This document shows positions 52,613-59,594 of a stretch of DNA of 64,000 nt, in pieces. The notes below the pieces were generated by a model that did no database searches, had not been told where the DNA came from, and saw only the letters and a list, made by a program, of their open reading frames with translations. The DNA is from an uncultured Pelagibacteraceae bacterium. GTDB lineage: Bacteria; Pseudomonadota; Alphaproteobacteria; Pelagibacterales; Pelagibacteraceae. The first letter of the stretch is position 1; each line of letters begins with the position of its first letter. Position numbers and translations under genes: made by a program. The DNA lies in assembly GCA_902633335.1 (NCBI GenBank), contig CACPFY010000006.1:4857-68856 (forward strand). The letters are read 5' to 3'.

Positions 52613-54245
52613 CTTTAGGAATTTTCTATACATCACTTGGAAGCATTTAAATTTACCTCAACCTACTAAAGTTCAATACGATATAGCTGACTATATTGCT
52701 AATGGAGACAGTAGAATAATTATTAGTGCTTTTAGAGGTGTAGGAAAGAGTTGGATAACTGCAAGTTATGTTTTATGGCGTATCTTACTTAATCCAAACA
52801 TTAATATACTTGTTGTATCTGCTTCAAAGAATAGAGCCGATGACTTTAGTACTTTCTGTTTAAGATTACTTCACGAAATGCCATTGCTTCAACATCTATA
52901 TCCTAAAGACGACCAAAGACAGTCAAAGATTAGTTTTGATGTAAATACGGCTTCTGCTTCGCAACAACCAACAGTTAAGTCATTAGGTATTACTTCTCAA
53001 ATTACAGGTTCACGTGCAGACTTAGTTGTAGCTGATGATGTAGAAACTTCAGGAAATACTCAAACTCAGTTTATGAGAGACAAGTTATCTGAAGCTATTA
53101 AAGAATTTGAAGCAGTAATTAAACCTGACACTTCTAGAATTATATATTTAGGTACACCACAAACAGAACAAAGTATTTATAATAAACTTCAAGAGAGAGG
53201 TTATAAGATTAGATATTGGACTGCTAGATACCCTAGTGAGAAACAAATAAAGTCTTATGGTTCTAATCTTGCGCCTATAATTAATAATACTTGGAATATA
53301 GAATTAATTGGTAAACCTACAGACCCATCAAGATTTGATGAAAAAGATTTATTAGAAAGAGAAGCTAGTTATGGAAGACTAGGTTTTAATATGCAGTATC
53401 AGCTTGATACTACGTTGAGTGACCTAAACAAGTTTCCACTAAAACTATCAGATTTATCAGTTATGAATTTAAATCCTGAGAACGCACCAGAAAAAGTTAT
53501 TTGGGCTAGTTCTCCTGAATTACAACATAACGATTTACCTAACGTAGGACTACAAGGAGACGCTTATTATAGACCTATGGAAGTACAAGGTCAGTGGTTG
53601 CCTTATATATCTACAGTAATGGCAATTGACCCTTCTGGTAAAGGTTCTGACGAAACGGCTTATTGTGTCACTAAATTCTTAAATGGTAATATTTATTTAG
53701 TAGATATTGGTGGTTTCAATAGTGGTTATTCAGAACATACATTATCTAAATTAGTAGAAGTAGCTAAGAAGAATAAAGTTAATAAGATTTTAATAGAAGA
53801 AAACTTTGGTCAAGGAATGTTTGAAGCATTATTAAAACCTTATTTAATTAAAGAATATCCTTGTACTACAGAAATGGTTAGACAGACTTCTAATAAACAT
53901 AGAAGGATATTAGATACATTAGAACCTCTAATATCTCAGCATAGAATTATTGTAGATAAAACAGTAATCAAAAAAGACTATGAAGGTACTAATATGTTGT
54001 ACCCTCAGGAAAGCGCATTGAAGTATCAGCTTTTCTACCAAATAAGTAGATTACAAAAAGAAATACATTCATTGCCACACGATGACAGAATTGATTGTCT
54101 TCAGGTTGCTTGTCATCATTGGGTTCAGCATTTAGCTAAAGACCAAGAACTTTCATATAAACAAAGAAAAGAAGACTTACTTAATGCTGAAATAGAGAAA
54201 TATTTTGGAGATAAAACAGAAAACAGTTGGATTAAAATAATATGA
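52578..54245 (+). CDS. Terminase large subunit (gp19-like)
   Basis: AFRGVGKSW, GSRAD, LGTPQ, DPSGKGSDET, HDDRID. Confidence 0.96.
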   Translation: MKNEKILSKITDFRNFLYITWKHLNLPQPTKVQYDIADYIANGDSRIIISAFRGVGKSWITASYVLWRILLNPNINILVVSASKNRADDFSTFCLRLLHEMPLLQHLYPKDDQRQSKISFDVNTASASQQPTVKSLGITSQITGSRADLVVADDVETSGNTQTQFMRDKLSEAIKEFEAVIKPDTSRIIYLGTPQTEQSIYNKLQERGYKIRYWTARYPSEKQIKSYGSNLAPIINNTWNIELIGKPTDPSRFDEKDLLEREASYGRLGFNMQYQLDTTLSDLNKFPLKLSDLSVMNLNPENAPEKVIWASSPELQHNDLPNVGLQGDAYYRPMEVQGQWLPYISTVMAIDPSGKGSDETAYCVTKFLNGNIYLVDIGGFNSGYSEHTLSKLVEVAKKNKVNKILIEENFGQGMFEALLKPYLIKEYPCTTEMVRQTSNKHRRILDTLEPLISQHRIIVDKTVIKKDYEGTNMLYPQESALKYQLFYQISRLQKEIHSLPHDDRIDCLQVACHHWVQHLAKDQELSYKQRKEDLLNAEIEKYFGDKTENSWIKII

Positions 54246-54415
54246 GTACAGTAAATAAATCAGGTAATTATACCAAACCTACTTTGAGAAAGCGTATATT
54301 CAGTAGAATACTCAATAGTGCTTCTTATGGTACTGCTAGTGGTAAATGGAGTGCAAGAAAAGCACAAGCACTAGCGAAAGCATATAAAAAAGCAGGTGGT
54401 GGATATAAAAGCTAA
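54242..54415 (+). CDS. 57-aa basic protein resembling N-half of DUF5872-type proteins (not in ORF track)
   Basis: NYTKPTLR...GKWSARKAQALAKAYKKAGGGYK; ATGA and TAATG overlaps. Confidence 0.75.
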   Translation: MSTVNKSGNYTKPTLRKRIFSRILNSASYGTASGKWSARKAQALAKAYKKAGGGYKS

Positions 54416-54651
54416 TGTCACTTAAACAACCTCAAAAAGATTTGAAGAACTGGTCGGCTCAAAAATGGAGAACTAAATCAGGTAAAAAATCTAGTGTCAC
54501 TGGTGAAAGGTATTTACCAGAAAGCGTAATAAACAGATTGTCCTCTAAAGAGTACGCAAGGACGACTGCAAAGAAAAGAAAAAACAGAACTAGAGCAAAG
54601 TATAGTAAGAAAATAGCTTCTATGGTTAGAAATGCTCTTAAAGTTGTTTGA
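54415..54651 (+). CDS. 78-aa basic protein resembling C-half of DUF5872-type proteins
   Basis: LKNWSAQKWRTKSGK...ERYLP...LS..EYARTTAKKR. Confidence 0.7.
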   Translation: MSLKQPQKDLKNWSAQKWRTKSGKKSSVTGERYLPESVINRLSSKEYARTTAKKRKNRTRAKYSKKIASMVRNALKVV

Positions 54652-54667
54652 TTTTGATTTTTTAATT

Positions 54668-54683
54668 AAGTGCCACTATTAGG
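54668..54683 (+). promoter_or_regulatory. Candidate phage-RNAP promoter near right genome end (phiOR-like)
   Basis: AAGTGCCACTATTAGG resembles 25759 and 32538; followed by tandem CTATAGTTAA. Confidence 0.5.
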
Positions 54684-54777
54684 ATACTACTATAGTTAAA
54701 CTATAGTTAATCTTTATCCTTATATAAGTGCAACCAACAACATCTGACTATGAGTATATCTTATAGTAAATAAAGTT

Positions 54778-55041
54778 ATGAACCACAAAGAACCAAAGGT
54801 AATCTATCTTAAAGCTCTTTTTTCAAAGAATAAAAGTAAAAAGAATGTAGAGAAAATAATAAAAGAATTTATTGTTCAGGCAGATTTTCCAAGAAAGAAA
54901 CTCAAAGTTTCACCAGAAGTTAAATCTAAAATGGCTAGAGAGTTTATACTGAAGTACGCTAATGACTTTTTAGGTTATGCCGTAGAGTACTCAATGTTTG
55001 ATAAGTTCTTTGACTTAAAAAGTTTTGACGAAAAAATCTGA
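54778..55041 (+). CDS. Hypothetical phage protein
   Basis: 87-aa ORF downstream of candidate promoter. Confidence 0.6.
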   Translation: MNHKEPKVIYLKALFSKNKSKKNVEKIIKEFIVQADFPRKKLKVSPEVKSKMAREFILKYANDFLGYAVEYSMFDKFFDLKSFDEKI

Positions 55042-55274
55042 CAAGTTCACGTATATACACAAAATTTTTTTTACCCCCTCGACCCTATAGCAAAAATAAA
55101 TGGGGGTACTACCCTGTATTGTATCCAATATACAATTTTTCTGCAGGAAACCGAGTGATAGTTTTGATTTACGTTAGTCTTCTAGACTACCGACAGACTT
55201 TTTTGTAGATTTTTTCTTTCAAAAAATTATTTCGTATTATCTCTCTCATTATCTGTTTTGAAACTTCAGGAACT

Positions 55275-56378
55275 TTGTGGTACTTACAGTTCAGTATGGT
55301 TAAGTTATTAAAAAAGAAAACATTAAAACAAAAGACTGAAGATAGACAAAAGGATTTAGAGAGAAGACTAGATATATTTCTTGGTAGACCTACAGTTAAA
55401 ATAGATAGCAGTGTAAAGCTAGAGTACCATACAAAACCATTGTCACTTAAACAGACACACTGGATTGCTACCACTCAAAAGAGAGACAAGATGTTTTACT
55501 TTGAAGGTAAACTATTGTCTGCAGAAAATGAACAAAGAGTTATCAATTACAAGAAGTCAAACAAGATATACAAGGTCTGGTTAAAGAAACAACAAGACGC
55601 ATTGGATAAATTAAAGAACGCAATCAAACCAAGAGCAATGTATGAAATGGAACAGGCATACCAGAAACTTGGAGAGCAAATAAGACAACAAGGTAATCCA
55701 TTTAATCTGTCAGGTCAGATGATACAGATGGGTAAAGTAAGTGATGACTTATATCCAATGGGTTTGCTTTCTCCTACACCAAGTAAAGCCAAAGTTAAGC
55801 AACAGATAAATAGACTGAAGGCGCATTTACAAGGAGAAGATATATCAGTAGCTAATCACGGACTGAATAGTTTCTGCGACAGACACAAGATTAAAGACCC
55901 AGTAGATATGGTGATAAAGATGGCTAAGATGAAGAAGGAAGGTAAGCTATATGAAGACTACTTTACTATATCTTATCAGGACGCAGTAGCTATAGCAGAA
56001 AGCGTTGGTATGCTTCATCAAGAACTACTGGAAAGTGTGATAGATTATATAGCCAAGAGAGCCAAGCATTATAAGACTAATAATAATATAATGGCAGGAA
56101 TTGCAGGTGAAACGCTTGTAAACTTATGGCTCAAAGCAGTCGAAGATAAAAAACCTGCTAAGTATACGCAGACAATGTTCTTCAATTCCAAAGCAAGAAA
56201 GGAATGGAGTAAACAATATAATTACGATTGGAAGGACTATAAAAGATTTCACGAACAATTTAAAAAGTGGATTAAAATATTTACTGCAAGAGCAACAAAG
56301 AAAAAAGAAATTGCAGATGGTGAGTTCGAAACTTACTTAGAATTTTTATCTCAAACAAATTCCAAAGGTTTGATTTAA
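55275..56378 (+). CDS. Hypothetical early protein (start probably ATG 55296)
   Basis: 367-codon ORF, no recognised motif. Confidence 0.8.
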   Translation: MWYLQFSMVKLLKKKTLKQKTEDRQKDLERRLDIFLGRPTVKIDSSVKLEYHTKPLSLKQTHWIATTQKRDKMFYFEGKLLSAENEQRVINYKKSNKIYKVWLKKQQDALDKLKNAIKPRAMYEMEQAYQKLGEQIRQQGNPFNLSGQMIQMGKVSDDLYPMGLLSPTPSKAKVKQQINRLKAHLQGEDISVANHGLNSFCDRHKIKDPVDMVIKMAKMKKEGKLYEDYFTISYQDAVAIAESVGMLHQELLESVIDYIAKRAKHYKTNNNIMAGIAGETLVNLWLKAVEDKKPAKYTQTMFFNSKARKEWSKQYNYDWKDYKRFHEQFKKWIKIFTARATKKKEIADGEFETYLEFLSQTNSKGLI

Positions 56379-56395
56379 GTTTCACGTAGAACAAA

Positions 56396-56444
56396 ATCCG
56401 AAGTCAGTTCGGATAAAAAGTGACAATCCGATTTGTGTTCGGAT
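56396..56444. promoter_or_regulatory. Two ATCCGA-N7-TCGGAT dyads 30 bp apart
   Basis: 56396-56414 and 56426-56444. Confidence 0.6.
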
Positions 56445-56499
56445 TAAATTATGGGTTGCACCAATTGAATAATATTATTTTTGTGATTAAGTAAATCGC

Positions 56500-56612
56500 A
56501 GGAATGAGTTCCACTTATTTTGTTGCAATGACAGATAAGACTTGTTTTTAAATAATCAAGTGCGAACCTTTACTTCTTTCTATTCGTTGGAACTATTCCT
56601 TAACCAGAAAGA
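56500..56612 (+). ncRNA. Predicted four-way-junction structured RNA
   Basis: Closing helix 56500-56513/56588-56600 encloses three contiguous hairpins; folded by eye. Confidence 0.5.
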
Positions 56613-56631
56613 TTAATTTGTTAGGAGTGCA

Positions 56632-56880
56632 ATGAAAGCACAAAAAGAAAAGACGGAAACTTTAAAAATTCCTCAGGACTTATGGCAACGTATGTTTGAT
56701 ATAAGTATGGAGATTAGTCCTGATAAGAAAAACTTAATCAAGCCATTACCTATACTTGCAATTGCTATAAATCACCTACACGAAACGGCTCATACGAGAG
56801 GTGTTGCATTTGTTTCACAAAAAGAATTTGACGAAATAAAAGCAGAAGCAAAAGAGAGTGCTAGTAAGCACCTCAACTAA
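56632..56880 (+). CDS. Small early protein, possible ribbon-helix-helix DNA binder
   Basis: SD TAGGAG; TETLKIPQDLWQRM strand-helix pattern. Confidence 0.6.
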   Translation: MKAQKEKTETLKIPQDLWQRMFDISMEISPDKKNLIKPLPILAIAINHLHETAHTRGVAFVSQKEFDEIKAEAKESASKHLN

Positions 56881-56888
56881 GGATAGGA

Positions 56889-57059
56889 ATGATTATACAA
56901 GTAGTCAAAGAACTACCTGAGTTCGGTCATATGCTCGACACACAAGGTAAGGATAAGTTAGCGAAAGCATTATCTCAAACTGTAAGTGAGTTGAGCAAGA
57001 GACCTAAGATAGAACACAAGGTAGTCTTGTATCAAACACCTGAAGACGATTTAGAGTAA
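56889..57059 (+). CDS. 56-aa early protein (not in ORF track)
   Basis: AAGGATAGGA upstream; MIIQVVKELPEFGHMLDTQGKDKLAKALSQTV...EDDLE. Confidence 0.65.
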   Translation: MIIQVVKELPEFGHMLDTQGKDKLAKALSQTVSELSKRPKIEHKVVLYQTPEDDLE

Positions 57060-57081
57060 TCGCTTTTGGGTTGTGACGAAC

Positions 57082-57119
57082 AATAGATAGGAAACCGAGA
57101 TTAATTTTTATCTATTTTT
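57082..57119 (+). terminator. Possible intrinsic terminator in early region
   Basis: AATAGATAGGAA pairs with TTTTTATCTATT (two G-U), followed by Ts; AT-rich stem. Confidence 0.35.
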
Positions 57120-57215
57120 ACGCAGTTTATATTGAGTCTAAATTGCAATTAATCCACAAGTTGAAAGTTTGCACTTGTGAAAAGCAAACAAATAACTTAA
57201 TAATAGGAGTTAAGT

Positions 57216-57683
57216 ATGGTTATAAATAAAGTAAAACTTTCGACTAGGTGCGTTATGAATATAGGTAGCGTAGTCTGCAAAGTATGGAAGGTCGTAAGAT
57301 GTAAGTTGTGGAGAGATATAGATGATTTTGATTATTATATTTCAGACTTACGTTCCCAATATCCTAACACTTTAGTTTACACTGAAGCAGTTAGAGACCT
57401 ACCTTACTACTGCAAAACAGTAGAAGTTGATGATGAGTATGAAAGGACTTCATCAATAAAAATAGGTGACGCAGTTATCCAATACACTTTCAATAAACTA
57501 AGACGACAAGGTCTAATAGAAGACAGTGAAGTAATTCCATTGTTTGAACATTACGACCCATATAAGTCTTCGATTGAAAATGTGATAGCGCAGACAAAAC
57601 TCTCTCATAACCGTCCTGATAAGTTGAAGGTTATAAAGTTAAATCGAAAGGAGAATAATGTCTTACAGTTGCACAACAAGTAA
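57216..57683 (+). CDS. Hypothetical early protein
   Basis: SD TAGGAG; first gene of the MarR-integrase unit. Confidence 0.75.
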   Translation: MVINKVKLSTRCVMNIGSVVCKVWKVVRCKLWRDIDDFDYYISDLRSQYPNTLVYTEAVRDLPYYCKTVEVDDEYERTSSIKIGDAVIQYTFNKLRRQGLIEDSEVIPLFEHYDPYKSSIENVIAQTKLSHNRPDKLKVIKLNRKENNVLQLHNK

Positions 57684-58086
57684 TATTCACTTTGATAAAG
57701 TGTTTATGCAAGAAGTAGCAAAGTCTAAGGCGAAGACTTTTGGTAATGGTATTCCATTACAATTGGTCTTAACATTTAAGACACTCTCTTGTTTACCTGA
57801 TGGTCAAGAATTAAACACTCAGGTTATAAGAGAATGGTATCACAAGTTTTTTGGAGTTGTGATTTCCTTGTCTTCAATATCTCGAAATGTAAGTGATTTA
57901 CATACTCTTGGTTTTGTAGAAAGAGTTGTAAATCCATTCGAGAATAGAAGATTAAGTTGGATTAAATTAACACCAACAGGAAGAAGACTTCAAAAACTCT
58001 TTATCGGAACTACGTCAGATTGGAAAGATGTGCCGAAGTTGAAGATAGAGAACCAACTAAAAACTGCAAGGAGTATAAAAATATGA
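57658..58086 (+). CDS. MarR-like winged-helix regulator
   Basis: SLSSISRNVSDL...GFVERVVNPFENRRLSWIKLTPTG. Confidence 0.82.
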   Translation: MSYSCTTSNIHFDKVFMQEVAKSKAKTFGNGIPLQLVLTFKTLSCLPDGQELNTQVIREWYHKFFGVVISLSSISRNVSDLHTLGFVERVVNPFENRRLSWIKLTPTGRRLQKLFIGTTSDWKDVPKLKIENQLKTARSIKI

Positions 58087-59360
58087 GACAAGCAGTAAAA
58101 GCAAAAATCCTTGAAGCATTACCGAAAGGTATAACTTTAAGGCGTGATAATTCTTTATGGGTATCTAAGTATAAAGAGTACCACGTAAACGGTGAGAAGA
58201 AGTCGAAGCGTATGACTGAAACCGTAAAGTTAGATATTGATAATACAATGTCTGACGCTAAACAGTTGGAGAAGTTTGAGGAAGCACTTGGTAAAGCAAT
58301 CAAGGTGAAGTCTCAAATGAAAGACCGTTTAGCAAACAGAAGTTTCCTTCTGACTGATAATGTAAAGATTAAGGGTGAAGCATATATCAATAATCTTTAT
58401 CAAGACCTAGTTAGATTGGATACTTGGAAAGGAAAGCACGGTGAAACTGTTGCTAGTTATGCTAAAGATATATTGGCTTTCTTTAAGGACAGGGAAAACT
58501 TAAATCCTAAACTTAAAGATTTTCACGATGTATTTACTTTAGCTGACTTTAAGAAATGGGCGATTGTTCATTCAGCACAAAAGAGAATGAATAATTATAA
58601 TTCTTGTAGCACTAATACCGTGAACAAACGATTAGGTTTGTTAAGGCAACTAACTCAATTTGCAATTAAACAAAGACTGTTTAGTCTTGATGATTGTATT
58701 GACCCAAGTGCTAAAAACTATGGGATACAAGATGAGAGACGTGCTGAGAGTAAACCTAAACCTGCCTTATCAATTGCAGAAGAACAAACATTATTAAAAA
58801 CCATTCAGAAGTACGAAGATGGTTATTTTTATGATGTGATAGTTTTTGCACTAGATACAGGTGTACGTCACGATGGAGAACTAAATAGAATAACACCAGA
58901 ACAAATTGATTTTGGTAAAAAACATTTAGTCTTCAAAAGACCTAAAACTGGTAAATGGTCTACTATACCTTTAACTGAAAGATGTATGGAGATATTAAAA
59001 AGAAGACGTGAAGTTGCTATGAAGAATGTAGGCAACCGTTTCTTTCCTATATCTAAATCTTCTTTAAGACATAACTGGTATAAGTATATCAAAGTATCAG
59101 GATTAAATGATGAGTATACACCTTACTCAACAAGACACACTTTTATTACTAGGTTAGTAGAAGCTGATGTAAGTCCAAAAGCAGTTCAGCATTTAGCAGG
59201 ACATAAGTCTATTGAGACTACACTTCAGTACTACACGCATAGTACAAATGAGGTGCTTGAAACTGCTATAACTAAATTAGAGGAATACAAGAAAGTTAAA
59301 GCTAAAAAAGCTGAAGTATCACCTTTGATTGGTCACAATAGTAGAAAGGTGTTGAAGTAA
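58083..59360 (+). CDS. int: Tyrosine integrase
   Basis: LDTGVR, PKTG, YSTRHTF, LAGHKSIETTLQYY; ATG 58083 with GGAG SD; adjacent to attR. Confidence 0.95.
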   Translation: MRQAVKAKILEALPKGITLRRDNSLWVSKYKEYHVNGEKKSKRMTETVKLDIDNTMSDAKQLEKFEEALGKAIKVKSQMKDRLANRSFLLTDNVKIKGEAYINNLYQDLVRLDTWKGKHGETVASYAKDILAFFKDRENLNPKLKDFHDVFTLADFKKWAIVHSAQKRMNNYNSCSTNTVNKRLGLLRQLTQFAIKQRLFSLDDCIDPSAKNYGIQDERRAESKPKPALSIAEEQTLLKTIQKYEDGYFYDVIVFALDTGVRHDGELNRITPEQIDFGKKHLVFKRPKTGKWSTIPLTERCMEILKRRREVAMKNVGNRFFPISKSSLRHNWYKYIKVSGLNDEYTPYSTRHTFITRLVEADVSPKAVQHLAGHKSIETTLQYYTHSTNEVLETAITKLEEYKKVKAKKAEVSPLIGHNSRKVLK

Positions 59361-59399
59361 AGAGAATGATGAGTATAACTTCCAAATTGTCAATGTTCT

Positions 59400-59483
59400 G
59401 GGCGAGTGGTGGAACGGTAGACACGCCAGTCTTAGGAACTGGTCTCGAAAGAGGTGGAAGTTCGAGTCTTCTCTCGCCTACCA
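59400..59483 (+). tRNA. Phage-encoded tRNA-Leu(UAG)
   Basis: GGGCGAG/CTCGCCT acceptor stem, CCAGT-CTTAGGA-ACTGG anticodon arm, long variable arm, TTCGAGT T loop, encoded CCA. Confidence 0.93.
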
Positions 59484-59583
59484 TTGGTCAAAGAATGGAT
59501 ACAATGATGGATACAAAACTGTATTCATTGATACAATGGGTGAAGAAAGGAGTGTTGGTAGTTAAAGGTTTTGTAAGATACGT

Positions 59584-59594
59584 TAGTCTTAGGA
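59584..59594 (+). repeat. attR core TAGTCTTAGGA
   Basis: Exact repeat of 22931-22941. Confidence 0.93.

Larger units (their letters stand above)
22931..59594 (+). mobile_element. Integrated T7-like (Autographiviridae) prophage, 36,653 bp when excised
   Basis: att repeats in split tRNA; integrase next to attR; T7 gene order from RNAP to terminase, all on + strand. Confidence 0.96.

Noticed and set aside
55170-55181. 12-bp TACGTTAGTCTT shared with 59579-59590
   Set aside because: Lacks the rest of the core and arm repeats; plausible by chance in AT-rich DNA
56378-56393. parS-like AGTTTCACGTAGAACA
   Set aside because: 13/16 match to TGTTTCACGTGAAACA with broken symmetry, single copy, and no par gene in the phage
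57022-57036. 15-bp repeat TAGTCTTGTATCAAA shared with 23033-23047
   Set aside because: Inside an ORF, far from att; could be a stray arm-type site but no supporting context
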